Of a DNA stretch of 51,298 bases, positions 36,255 to 49,254 are shown piece by piece. The notes under the pieces were generated by a model. The model worked only from the letters and a program-made list of their open reading frames with translations, had not been told where the DNA came from and did not search any database. Made by a program: the position numbers and the translations under genes. Source of the stretch: Octopus bimaculoides (lineage: Eukaryota). Every line of letters begins with the position of its first letter. Position 1 is the stretch's first letter. Where the stretch lies: the NCBI RefSeq assembly GCF_001194135.2, contig NC_068989.1:55927817-55979114 (forward strand). Reading direction: 5' to 3'.

Positions 36255-36890
36255 TTACTCGTACAGGTGCCTTATGTATATCACCAGCATGGGTGCCCCA
36301 CACATGGCACCAGCACAGGTGCCTCTTATGTGTTACTGGCACTGATACCTTTTCTGTGTTACAGGCACAGGTGCTTTTTATGTGTCACTGGCACAAGCGC
36401 CTTTTATGTGTCACCAGCATAGGTATCCTTTACATGTCACCAGCACAGGTGCCTCTTATATGTCACTAGCACTGATACCATTTATGTGTCACTGGCACAA
36501 GTGCCTTTTATGTGTCACTAGCAGAGGTGCCTTTTATGTGTCACCAGCACAGGTGCCCTTTACATGTCACCAGCAGGGGTGCTGGTGATGTGTCACAGGC
36601 ACAGGTGCCTTTTATGTGTCACTGGCACAAGTGCCTTTTATGTGTCACCAGCATGGGTATCCTTTACATGTCACCAGCACAGGTGCTCCTCACATGCTAC
36701 CAGCACAGGTGCCTCTTATATGTCACTAGCACTGATACCATTTATGTGTCACTGGCACAAGTGCCTTTTATGTGTCACTAGCAGAGGTGCCTTTTATGTG
36801 TCACCAGCACAGGTGCCTTTTATGGGTCACAGGCACAGGTGCCTTTTATGTGTCACTAGCATGGATGACTTTTATATGTCACTGGCACTA
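36255..36890. repeat. 26-bp minisatellite with 260-bp higher-order structure, inside an S3 element (about 36120-36920, minus strand)
   Basis: Unit atgtgtcaccagcacaggtgcctttt at 36484, 36510, 36536; the variant block tgtcactagcactgatacca recurs at 36461 and 36721. Confidence 0.92.
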
Positions 36891-38551
36891 CCAATGACTA
36901 TGATTCCTTTAGCTTGACAATGTACTCATATTTCTAACAAGCTCCTGTATATTACAATGTGGAAGACATTTACTGCAGGACACATGTCATGAAGAAAAGT
37001 TTCTCTCACAGTGAATGTACATTAGTGCACAAGAGAATCATTATTTTGATCATCAACTGCTTCATGTGTTTGTAAGATATTTCATTTCCCTTGTTGAGGA
37101 AGAAGCAATGTTTACAAAACCTTTTTAGGTTCTTCTAATCTTGAGAGATGGCATAGATAACTGAATGAGGTTACCTTCATTCTTACTGAATTGATGCAGA
37201 TTAACAGCTGGTGATAGACAAAACAGTTACTAGGGATGAAGAACCAGAAGATATAATCCTGAGAAAGACAAGAATTTTTTTCACTCTTTTATTCCTGTCT
37301 TCTTTAATCGATTCAGTCATTGGAATATAGCTGTGCTGGGGCCCAACTTTAAAGGGTTTAGTCAATAAAATTGTCAATAGTGCTTATTTTAAGTCTGGTA
37401 TACCTATTTTATTGTTGTTTTTTTTTTCAGTGATGGTGAGAGGGACTGAAACTGGTAAGTTAAGAAGACATAAGCAAAGTTACATATGTTTTTCAGATGG
37501 TGTAGAGACAAATGCAAATGAAGAAGAATGATAACAACAATGATGATAAGAAGAGAAGAGGAGGGAGAAGAAGGAGAGGAAGAGGAAGTATTCTCTCCAA
37601 AACTGAAAGTAGACCCATTAAGATACCGGAATCCAGAAATTACAAAAAAAAATAAATAAATAAATAAATAAATAAATACACAAATAAAAAATAAAAAGCA
37701 ACTCAAACCTAGATGCTTAAAACAATGTTTTTCACACATATACATATACACACACATTCTCCTAAACTCACACAGATACATGCACACACTTTCACACACA
37801 GACACAGACACACATACACATATGCGTGAGCATGTATGTGCACACATGAACACGCACACACACACATAAAGAGAGAGTAATAGATATATTTCTGTTTAAC
37901 TGCGTGAGTGGGGGAGGTTACTGTTTTGTGTTTGTGTGTGCATGCATGTTACTCTGTGTGTGTGTGTGTTTTTGTGTATTGAAAGCTTAGTCAAGTCCAT
38001 TAAATCCTACCCTTACTACCACCATCACTGAATATCAATATGAGAAACTGAGAGAAAGCAAGAGAGAGAGAGGAAGGGGNNNNNNNNNNNNNNNNNNNNN
38101 NNNNNNNNNNNNNNNNNNNNNNNNNNNNNNNNNNNNNNNNNNNNNNNNNNNNNNNNNNNNNNNNNNNNNNNNNNNNNNNNNGGGAGGGAGGGATGAAGAG
38201 AGAGAGAGAGAGAGAGCTGGATGTATAAACCCAATAGTTCTATCTCCTAAAAACATCTAGAAAACGTTGTTGACCCCTTGTTTTATAGTAGGAAGAAGAA
38301 TGTTCCTAATGATACAGTTCCTTATAAATCTGTCAGATTTCTCAAGCCTCTCCTTCCCTACCCTTCCTTTCCATCTTCTTTCCTTGCCACTTCCTCTCCT
38401 TATGTATACACACAGATATGCAAACACATATACAAATACATACACTCACATACACATATGTATACTCGTACACATATTTACATGATAATAATATGTATAT
38501 ATATATATGTGTGTATGCATGTGTCTGTGTATATATATATATATTCATGTG

Positions 38552-38593
<42 letters not shown>

Positions 38594-39429
38594 TATATAT
38601 ATATCTTTTTTCACACACACACACACACACACACACAAGATTTTGCTTAGGTACAGGATTACTAATACAACTAGTTGTTAGAACTCAATACATATGTACT
38701 TTAGAGTGAGTAAAGTGTTAAGTGGGCACAAAGTATGATATTAATGAATCACAGGAGAACAGAAATTACATAATCAGTTTCATTAGCTTACAGTTGTTTC
38801 TGTTTTTAGGAGCAATACACTCAACATCTTATAGCTTCCTCAGAACCATTAAAATCAAATATTGCACAAGCACTCAGCTTGTAATGCAGTGCTCCTTATA
38901 CAACAGCTTTAAGCTAATGAGTTTGGTTATATAATGCCTTTTCTCACGTCATTAATTATCTGTTTGGTGAGAAATCCACTTCTCAATTACATGGTTCCAG
39001 GTTTAGTCCTGCTGCATGACATCTTGGGCAAGTGCCTCTAGCTCTGGGCCCCAGAGAATTGTGAGCAGATTTGGTAGGCAAACTGAAATAAGCCTATCAT
39101 GTATATCATCATCGTCATCATCATCATCTTCATCATCATCATCATATCATTGTCATCATAATCATGCTCATGATGATGATGATCATCATCATTTAACCTC
39201 TGTTTTCTGTGCTGGCATGGGTTAGATGGCTTGACAGGAACTGGCATAGCCAGGGGGGCCACACAATGTTCCTTAGTCTATTTTGGTATGGCTGCTACAA
39301 ATTGATGCCCTTTCTAATGTCAACCATGTTACAGAGTATAGTGGGTGTTTTTTATGTGGCACCAGTATGTATACATACATACACACGTATCTCTTAAATT
39401 CGTTTCCAGGAAACATTTTGAATATGCAA

Positions 39430-39770
39430 ATAAAGCTCCTATTCCATTATGTGCTGGTGGCACGTAAAAAAACATTTGAGCGAGGTCGTTGCTAATGCCG
39501 CTGAACTGGCTCCTATGCAGGTGGCACATAAAAAACACAATTTGAGCATGGCCGTTGCCAGTAACGCCTAACTGGCCCTCGAGCCAGTGGCACATAAAAG
39601 CACCCACTACACTCTCGGAGTAGTTGGTGTTAGGAAGGGCATCCAGCTGTAGAAACTCTGCCAGATCAAACTTGAACCAGGTGCAGCCATCTGGTTCGCC
39701 AGTCCTCAGTCAAATCATCAAACCCATGCTAGCATGGAAAGCGGACGTTAAACAATGATGATGATGATGA
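39430..39770 (+). mobile_element. SINE-like S3 copy
   Basis: Colinear with 32800-33180. Confidence 0.85.
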
Positions 39771-40498
39771 GTGGGGTCAATTCATTCAACTATAGGAATC
39801 CTTTAAGACAGTGCTGTAGCATGGCTATAGTCTAATGACTGAAACAAGTAAAATATAAATGATAACAACATATGTAAACAAACTTTTTGTCTTGTTTTTA
39901 GAAGTGTCAAATGTGTATTGTATTGTGCAGACAAGAAGGTAATAAATAAATTATATAAAATATAAGATATAGATATGACAAAAACTTTCAAATTATTACA
40001 AATTAATAACATAAATAAAACAACCTAACTGGAAACAAATTGAATAACTTATCATTTAATCATAAGGCATTAAATGCTTATCACTTAGGAACAATTCAAG
40101 CTAAACTTATAACTATTGAACAAACATAATTATGGTAAATATTCACTCAACTAAGCGTTGTCCCAGCATGGCCACAGTCTAATGACTGAAACAAGTAAAA
40201 GATAAGCCAAATGATATGCAGCTTTGCATTCTTTAACACATTCCAAATATGAAAACACACCAAAAATGAACTGAATGTAAAGTAGCAGAACAATATACTT
40301 TTTAACAAATCATGTGTTAAGGGAATAGACTAGCAAATTATATACTAAGAGAATAGACCAGCACAAATCAATATCTAATAAATGTATATTTAATTATAAA
40401 AAATAAATCAATTGTATAAATTACTTATTAAAAAATAATAATAATAAATAATACAGAATAGCATAAAATAAATAAATTATATGAAATCTAAGATAATA

Positions 40499-40786
40499 TG
40501 TAAAGAATAAAAGTTTAGAATGGTACAACAATGCACTATAGAACAAAAAATGGACTATATACCTGTTGTAATTTGGTTACCTATAGTCCGATGATATTTC
40601 AGAATTACAATTCCTTCTTCAGATCTTCTTTGCTGGAGTCTCTGCTAACAGCAAAGAAGATCTGAAGAAGGAATTGTAATTCCGAAATATCATCGGACTA
40701 TAGATAACCAAATTACAACAAGTATATAGTCCATTTTTTGTTCTATAGTGCATTGTTGCACCATTCTAAACTTTTTATTCTTTACA
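40499..40786. repeat. Imperfect palindrome with ~137-bp arms and a 13-nt spacer
   Basis: Arms 40499-40635 / 40649-40786 differ by four transitions and a 1-nt indel. Confidence 0.95.
40659..40694 (+). ncRNA. Minimal type I hammerhead-like motif of the Penelope type (mirror copy on the minus strand in the left arm)
   Basis: GAT | CTGAAGA | A | GGAAT-TGTA-ATTCC | GAAA-TA-TC | ATC: core, 5-bp stem II, palindromic ATAT stem III, AUC site at 40689-40691 and a 3-bp stem I. Confidence 0.6.
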
Positions 40787-41434
40787 AACAATATACAATG
40801 CTTCAAGCGAACTACAATACTCTCTTAAGATAATATAGATATGACAAAACTTATAAATTATTACAAATTTGTAACATAAATAAAGCAACCTAACNNNNNN
40901 NNNNNNNNNNNNNNNNNNNNNNNNNNNNNNNNNNNNNNNNNNNNNNNNNNNNNNNNNNNNNNNNNNNNNNNNNNNNNNNNNNNNNNNNNNNNNNNNNNNN
41001 NNNNNNNNNNNNNNNNNNNNNNNNNNNNNNNNNNNNNNNNNNNNNNNNNNNNNNNNNNNNNNNNNNNNNNNNNNNNNNNNNNNNNNNNNNNNNNNNNNNN
41101 NNNNNNNNNNNNNNNNNNNNNNNNNNNNNNNNNNNNNNNNNNNNNNNNNNNNNNNNNNNNNNNNNNNNNNNNNNNNNNNNNNNNNNNNNNNNNNNNNNNN
41201 NNNNNNNNNNNNNNNNNNNNNNNNNNNNNNNNNNNNNNNNNNNNNNNNNNNNNNNNNNNNNNNNNNNNNNNNNNNNNNNNNNNNNNNNNNNNNNNNNNNN
41301 NNNNNNNNNNNNNNNNNNNNNNNNNNNNNNNNNNNNNNNNNNNNNNNNNNNNNNNNNNNNNNNNNNNNNNNNNNNNATATATATATATGTATATATATAT
41401 ATTAGCATGGAAAGCAGACGTTAAATGATGATGA

Positions 41435-41473
<39 letters not shown>

Positions 41474-41556
41474 ATATCTGTATATATATATATGTATATA
41501 TATATGTATATATATATGTATATATATATGTATACATACATATATATATATATATA

Positions 41557-41599
<43 letters not shown>

Positions 41600-42544
41600 G
41601 TATGTATATATGCATATATATACACATACTTGCACACTCATGTATGTATGTATGTATGTGTGTGTGTATGTTTGTAGTATGCATGTACAAAAGGCCTGTT
41701 TCTTACATTCGAAAATGTTAGTTGGTTAGTTGGTATATGAATAATTGTTTTTTACTCGTTATTAAGTAAATATTTTATGCTTTGAAATGAGCATGGATGA
41801 CATGTAACATGTTGTAACATATATAATCTCTATTTATTTTCGTGACTTTTCTGTGTATTGTTGAAACGATTGAATGAAGAAATAAATGCAATACAAACAC
41901 CTACATTTCTTAAAATTTCATTATTATACTCCGTGACATGCAAATCTACCTGGGAATTCTCAGATGAAATGTCTTCTTTTAAAGAACACTGTTGATTTCT
42001 GTGCACTGCTAGCCAGTATTTGCAGGAGTGCTGAGTGAGGTAACCAGCTTGGAGTTCTGGTTCTTTTAATCTCCTTTAATCTGACATCATCATCGTCATC
42101 ATCATCATCGTCATCATCATCATCGTCATCATCATCATCGTCATCATCATCATCGTCATCATCATCATCATTTAACATTTGTTTTCCATGCTGGTATGGG
42201 TTGGACCTGATGTATGTATGCATGTGTGTATGTATGCATGCATGCATGTATGTATGTCTATATGTATGCTCTCATTTCTTTCTAATTATTTAAATTCTTC
42301 CTCTGAGGAAGGAGCTTCATTGTTAGAAAATAGATAACGAAAATAATGTCACATTTTAAACTTGAGAAAAGTCTTGCAAATCTTTACTTGTGTTTGTATT
42401 TGTAATGTGCAAGTTAGCTGGTTGAATTTTTTCTGAAAATTCAAGCTGATCCATTTACTCACAAAACCAAGTACACCAGTTATTATTAGTATAAATGTAA
42501 ATTTATAAACTGGATAAAGAAGCTGGAGGCTTTGAAACAGTTAC

Positions 42545-42965
42545 CCATTGTTATCCTCTTTTTCTTTGATTTTCAAAAAGATATTCACACCAGCAGGACA
42601 ACATATCTCTATGTGGTACATACTTTTTCTTGTCTGTCCCAAACAACAATATCTGGCCTGTTATGCTTACACTTGACAAATGTTTTGATAGAAATGTTGC
42701 ACCAGTATTCTTTGTCCTGACATTTGTGTACATATTCAATAACGGGGTTCTCTATATGTATTTCATAACTGTTTTTTTTCCCTGGATATTTTGCGACAAT
42801 ATCATGTTGCATAGGGAATTAATATGTAGATGACATTTTTGGATAGTTGCTAATCACATATGTGATGTCTTCTACAGAAATATGACATAATCTACATTTT
42901 CAATTGTATCTTGGAACTCCAAGAGTTTCACTGTTGATTAGGAATTTCATAGCAAACTTCTGTTC
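42545..42965 (-). mobile_element. Second R4/Dong-type LINE fragment (CCHC plus RLE)
   Basis: KCRLCHISVEDITYVIS...MQHDIVAKY...KCKHNRPDIVVWDRQEKVCT. Confidence 0.85.
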
Positions 42966-43402
42966 TTGGATTGCAAATATATGGCGCAGTAGTTAGAGCA
43001 TTGAGCTCATAATCATGTGGTAGTGAGTTTGATTCCTGGACCAGGCTGCATGTTGTGTTCTTGAGCAAGGCACTTTATTTCACATTGCTCCAGTTCACTC
43101 AATTGTAGAAATGAGTTGCAACATCACTGGTGCCAAGCTGTATCAGCTTTTGCCTTTCCCTTGGATAACATTGATGGCATGGTGAGAGGAGGCTGGTATT
43201 CATGGGCAACTGCTGGTCTTTTATAAACAACCTTGCCTAGACTTCTACCTCAGAGGGTAACTTTCTAAGTGCAATCTCGTGGTCATGCATGACTGAGGGG
43301 AGTCTTTGAGGTGTGATGTAACATAGCAATCATGAGTCTAAGAAAGGCTTTATTTCATATCAATGTTACTTACTACTTCAAGTCTTCAGAAAACATACCT
43401 AC

Positions 43403-43563
43403 CTGATGCCTGATCTTGTCTTTTGGTATCCTGTGTGTTTCACATCCAGGTCATCTTTGAAGTATATTAATCCATCTGTTTTTGGGGTTGTGTGAGAGAT
43501 CATAAGGAAGAGAGTGCTTCCTGAAGAGCTCACTGCTAGCATATAGAATATTGTTTTCTTCAT
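43403..43563 (-). CDS. Candidate start-codon exon encoding a hydrophobic N-terminus (MKKTIFYMLAVSSSGSTLFLMISHTTPKTDGLIYFKDDLDVKHTGYQKTRSGI)
   Basis: Possible acceptor taacttag at 43573, AAAAATG context, 53 open codons and a strong donor CAG|GTAGGT, in non-repetitive sequence. No homology recognised. Confidence 0.35.
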
Positions 43564-44319
43564 TTTTCAGCACTAAGTTAATGTATTTATTTTTGCTGCT
43601 GTTGTTTAGTAGGTGCTGTCAGAGAAAGAGAGAGAGAGAGAGAGAGAGTGAGAGAGAGACTATATTACATTCAAAGGCTGTCTGTGCTAATCTCAAGCCT
43701 CTACTTATTTTATCTCTTCTTAGGTAAAGCCTGTTAATATCACTATATGTGTGTGTGTGCATGTGTGTGTGTGTGCATGTGTATGTGTGTGCGTGCATGT
43801 GTGTGTGTGTGTGCGTGTAGGCACAGGTGTAGCTGTGTGGAAAGATGTTTACTTCCCAACCCACATGGTTTTGTGTTCAGTCCCACTACATGGCACCAGT
43901 ACTGGATTAACCATTAAGCAAAATAAGCACGTGCTTAGGACATCAAGGTAAGAAGGGGGCACCACAGAAATAGTAAATTGTTTACGGCACAAAAGAAATC
44001 ACTTTAAACTTGCTTAAATAATATTCATGATGCATTTATCTTTACAAGTATAGATGTAGATGTGTTACCTAAAATTAATTTCGAGGATCTGATCAAAGAC
44101 TTTGCAATTCCAAAAAGTAGGAGGAAACTTTTCAAATATAAATAAAGTGGAAGTATACAAAAATAAACATTATTATCCTTCTTACTGTTTTGTTTCATTT
44201 TGAATAAAAGATTATTTCATGGTTTGTTATTGAGTATATTTTGAATTGCATAATCTTTTATGGGGGCACCAAAATCTTTTAAGTGCTTAGGGCCTTGATG
44301 GGTTTTAATCCAGTTCTGG

Positions 44320-44625
44320 GCAAGTGTCTTCTGAGCAAAGCCCTGTGAGGGGATTTGGTAGATGGAAACTGAATGAAGCCCATTGTACATATGTATACGT
44401 GCATGTGTTTCAGTGCATGTGTTCATTCCTTATCACCATGTGACAACTGGTTTTAGCTGGTTTATATCCCTGTAACTTAGCAATTTAGCAAGAGAGATTG
44501 ATAAAATAAGTACCAGGCTTAAAAAATAAGTACTGGGGGGGGGGGTGATTTGTTTGGCTAAACCCTTCAAGGTGGTGCCCCAGCATGGCCACAGTTCAAT
44601 GACTGAAACAAGCAAAAGATAAAAG
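44320..44625 (+). mobile_element. SINE S2 copy
   Basis: gggcaagtgtcttctg...ttggtagatggaaactgaa...cagcatggccacagttcaatgactgaaacaag. Confidence 0.85.
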
Positions 44626-44937
44626 ATATATATATATATATATNNNNNNNNNNNNNNNNNNNNNNNNNNNNNNNNNNNNNNNNNNNNNNNNNNNNNNNNN
44701 NNNNNNNNNNNNNNNNNNNNNNNNNNNNNNNNNNNNNNNNNNNNNNNNNNNNNNNNNNNNNNNNNNNNNNNNNNNNNNNNNNNNNNNNNNNNNNNNNNNN
44801 NNNNNNNNNNNNNNNNNNNNNNNNNNNNNNNNNNNNNNNNNNNNNNNNNNNNNNNNNNNNNNNNNNNNNNNNNNNNNNNNNNNNNNNNNNNNNNNNNNNN
44901 NNNNNNNNNNNNNNNNNNNNNNNNNNNNNNNNNNNNN

Positions 44938-44985
<48 letters not shown>

Positions 44986-45820
44986 TGTATGTGTGTATAT
45001 GTTTGTGTATCTGTGTTTGTTCCCCCAACATCTCTTGACAACCGATACTGGTGTGTTTACGTCCTCCAGCATGGCCGCAGCCAAATGACTGAAACAAGTA
45101 AAAGAGTATATATACATATGTGCATGCATGTGAATATTTATGTATGTGTGTATGTAAATATGTATGTATGAATGTATTAAAGATGTATGTATATGTACAT
45201 GCGTGTAAGTATATATTTATGTATATATGTGTATATGTATGTATGTAAATGCATATATGTGATGTGTGTGTGTGTTTGCACATTAACACTTCATTGTTAA
45301 TCTGTCTGTCACATAAGCCGTTAGTTGCAGAGTGGTATCATATCCTTGTTGCTAGGTCACAGCACATAATTTGGGAATACATCACTGTTGCTATGTCATA
45401 AAACATAGAGCGAACAAAAACACAGTCAAAAGCCAACAATAATTCTCTCTCCTTTTTCTATTTCTTTCTTTCCTCTCTTATTTCTTTTCTCTTTCCTCCT
45501 GCTTTCCCTCTCTCTCTCCATTCTTTCTCCAGAAATGAAATAACTGAAATTATTTATCATACATAATAGAGTCAATACCTTTGTGGTTGTTATTCTCTTT
45601 CCACATCCAATACCTTTCTCTATTTCTCTCTCTCTCTCTCTGTTTTTCTTTCACCCATCATTCTCCCTCTCATCTCCTTACTTTCGCTCTCTCTTTCTTT
45701 TTCTTCCTCTCTTTCGTTTTCCTTTTTATTTGTCAATTTTTCTTTTACGTATTTGTTTTTCTTTGTTTTTGTATATTTTCTTTGCTCTTTTCGCTCATGC
45801 ATTGTTGTCTAAACACAGAT

Positions 45821-46450
45821 CAGTTCTGATGAAGCAAAACATACGATCAAAGACATCCCAGTAGTGACCATCACATCTTTTTGTATATCATGCATGACAT
45901 CATTCTTTAAAATAGTAAAATGCAATCTGAGGGAGGTTTGGTTACTATTTCTAGCAAAGCAAGTGACCATGTAGAGGCTTTCTTATTGGCTTGATGTTAT
46001 CACTATTATTTTGTTATTGCCATAGATTTAAACTCCGGTCAGTTCTGATCAAGTAGAATGCATGGTCAAAGACATTTCAGCCATGACCATTATATCTTTT
46101 TATACATCATGCACCATTTCATCCAATGTATCCTTCTTTGAGATAGCAAGATGTAATCTGAGGGAGATTTGGTTAGTATTTCTTGCAGGGCAAGTGACCA
46201 TGTAGAGGCTTTCTTATTGGTTTGATGTTGTCACTGTTGTTTTGTTATTGTTATAGATTTAAACTCCGGTCAATTCTGATCAAGCAGAATGTGCAGTCAA
46301 AGGCGTTCCAGCCATGACCATCACATCTTTTTATATATCATACACTATGTCATCCAATGTATCCTTCTTTAAGATAGCAAGATGTAATTTGAAGAAGATT
46401 TGATTACTATTTCTAGCAGGGCAAGCGACCGTGTAGAGGCTTTTTTGTTG
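45821..46450. repeat. Tandem triplication (219- and 231-bp periods) of a dispersed repeat
   Basis: ca(g/a)ttctgat at 45821, 46040 and 46271; related single copies near 20860-20945, 33755-33945 (reverse) and 34865-35000. Confidence 0.85.
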
Positions 46451-46634
46451 CCTCGCTGTTGTCTTTTTTTGTTGTTGTGAGATACTTAAACGGCAATGCA
46501 TGTGTTTGTATGTGTGTGTATGTGTTTGTGAGTGTGTATTAGTACATATGTCGTGTATATAGAGTCATATGTGTATATTGTATATGTTCTTGTGTATGTG
46601 ATGTGTTTGTGTGCATGCACAAGTGTTTGCATCA

Positions 46635-46676
<42 letters not shown>

Positions 46677-46999
46677 GTGTGTGTGTGTGGTATGTGTGTG
46701 TGTGTGTGTGTGCGTGCATTTTTTTGCATGTCTGTATATATGTACATGTGTATGTGTTTGTGCTCCACATGCACAAAAACATGCAGCTCCTGAATCGGTT
46801 TGTACACATACATGAGCACTTACTCCTGGTGACAGCATCAAGAGGGCTATTGTGGGCAATGATGGATGGCTAAAAAGAAGAAAATATGCATGTGTGTATG
46901 TGCGTATATGTTTGCATGTATGTATGTGTTTGTGTGTATGTATGTGTTTGTGTGTGTTTCTGTATGTATTTGTGTGGGTGTATGTGTTTGTCTATGTGT

Positions 47000-47031
<32 letters not shown>

Positions 47032-47459
47032 TACATGCATGTCTGTACTCATGTGTATGACAGCCTTTGCACCTTGGTTTGTGCATGTACATGTACTTGC
47101 TAGTAAGTCCATGTATGTGTGTGTATATATGTGCATGCATATTTGAGCGTGGATAAATGTGTGTGTTGTGTGTTGTGTGTTGTGTGTGTGTTGTGTGTGT
47201 GTGTGTGTGTTGTGTGTCTGTGCACATGACTGTGTATGTGTTTATGCACAGAAATGTGTCTGTGTATATACATATATGTGTATAGGTGCATGTGTGCATA
47301 TATATGTGTATGAGTGTATATATGTAAGAGTTGCATGCATGTGTATGTATATATGTGCATGTATATGTGTGCATGTGCAAATATTATAGGTGTGTTGGTC
47401 ATTATTGGATTTCATGGCAATCATAATCAAGTAAACAAAGATGCCTGTGCATATAATCA

Positions 47460-47880
47460 TCATCATCATCATCATCATTATTTAATGTCTGTTTTCCATG
47501 CTGGCAAGGGTTGGATGGCTTGATAGGAACTGGCAAGACCAGGGTCCGTACCAGGCTCCATAGTCTGTTTTGGCTTAGTTTCTATAGCTGGATGCCCTTC
47601 CTAATGCCAACCACTTTACAGTGTGTACAGGGTGCTTTCTACTTGGTACCATCACCGGTGCTTTTTATGTCATACCATAACCAGTGCATTTTATGTGACA
47701 CTATCACAAGTGCTTTTTATGTGGTACCATCACCACTACTTTCTATGTGGTACCAGCACCAGTGTTTTTTACATGGTACCATAACCAGTGCATTTTATGT
47801 GGCACCATCACCAGTGCTTTTTATGTGACACATTCACTGGTGCTTTTTATGTGGTACCAGCCCTGATGCATTTTATGTGG
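47460..47880 (-). mobile_element. S3 copy with its own 26-bp minisatellite expansion (about 47630-47880)
   Basis: ttttatgtggtaccatcaccagtgc-type units with period 26 (47691, 47717). Confidence 0.85.
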
Positions 47881-47899
47881 AAGATATTTCTGTCCAGTT

Positions 47900-48928
47900 G
47901 AGGGCAGATAAGGGTATGTCGAAGGTTGTTTTGATCAGTACTTTGTTACGTGTGAAAAGAGAATTTGTGCAGAACCTACTATGTTCTACTAGTAGAGAAG
48001 TCTTCTAACATTGCGACAGGGAAAACGTATTGAAAACTACCAGGTGTCACCTCTTGAAGCAGGTAACCAGGAATGTTAAACCTGTTACAAGGCCCACTCT
48101 GAAGGCTGTTCATAAGCAGAAAAGATGGAAATGGGCAGAGAAATATATGAAGATCGGTTTTTCAACAGTTCTATTCACTGATGAATGCCGTGCTACCCTT
48201 GACGGACCAGATGGTTGGAGTAAAGGTTGGGTATCAATCAACGTGAACCGTCCTCATCATTTGAGACACCAACAGAGGGGAGGTGGGGTCATGTTTTGAG
48301 CTGACATCGTTGGTGGTATTATGGTTGGGCCATGAAAAGTCCCAGATGGCACTAAGATTATATCGAAAACATATATTACCTTGTCAAAGGAAAATTTCCA
48401 ACAGTGGTTCAAAAAGCAAAACTTCCATTCAAGAGAAAGCTGGTTTTCATGCAAGATAATGCCCGTCTCATGCAGCGAAGAATTCTAAAGAATACCTACA
48501 GCAAATAGGCTTCTCTGGAGGTCGTTTGATGGAGTGGCTACCTTGTTCCCTTGACTTAAGCCCGATTGAGAACCTGTGGAGTGTCCTGAAGAGGTGCATT
48601 TACCAAGGTGGACAGCAGTTTTCAAGTAAAGTTGCTATCTGCGATGCTATCGTAGATGCTGCTCAAAGCATGACACAAAAGGATATCATCACCTTGACAA
48701 ATTCAATGGATCAGTGCATAAGGAAGGTTATTGCATGTGGAGGATCATACATCAAACATTAGGAGCTATATGACATCATAATCCCATGATTATTTTCATA
48801 CAAACTTATGTTTACCATTAAGTCCTTTTATGAATAATTTTTTTGTTAAACCTTTACAATTGAATTAAATAAACACTTCGTCTGACACAACTATCATTTT
48901 TATATTTGCCTAATAATTTGTGATAGTG
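47900..48928 (+). mobile_element. 5'-truncated Tc1-family transposon of the TRT-like DD37E type
   Basis: VLFTDECRATLDGPDGWSKGW...QQRGGGVMF; MQDNA(P)SHAAK...WLPCSLDLSPIENLW gives D-37-E after restoring a 1-nt deletion; stop at 48762; TIR-like end ttgcctaataatttgtgatagtg. Confidence 0.85.
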
Positions 48929-49254
48929 AAAATGTTGCCCAATGACAAAAACGGCCACCATTTATTGATGTCTGTGCAGATCCGGTTTATTTTAACAGAA
49001 TGTGTGCAGATAGGTGTTGCCAACAGTCGGTGGGAAAACAACTGGTTTTGAACGAATATACATTTATTTATTGAGAGAAGGTTCATTTGCTTAATTATGT
49101 GGGATGCANNNNNNNNNNTATGTGTACACATGTGTATGTGAGTGTGTTTGTCTGTGTGTATGTGTGCATGTTCTGTTTGTAGAAAAGACCGTAATGTCTC
49201 ATGTTACTACTGTTTTAGTCCCAGAACAGTCTTTGAATCAGAGAGGGGCAAGCA

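Noticed and set aside
36255-36890. CRISPR-like appearance of regular palindromic repeats
   Set aside because: Units are contiguous with no unique spacers, there are no cas genes, and the context is a eukaryotic SINE
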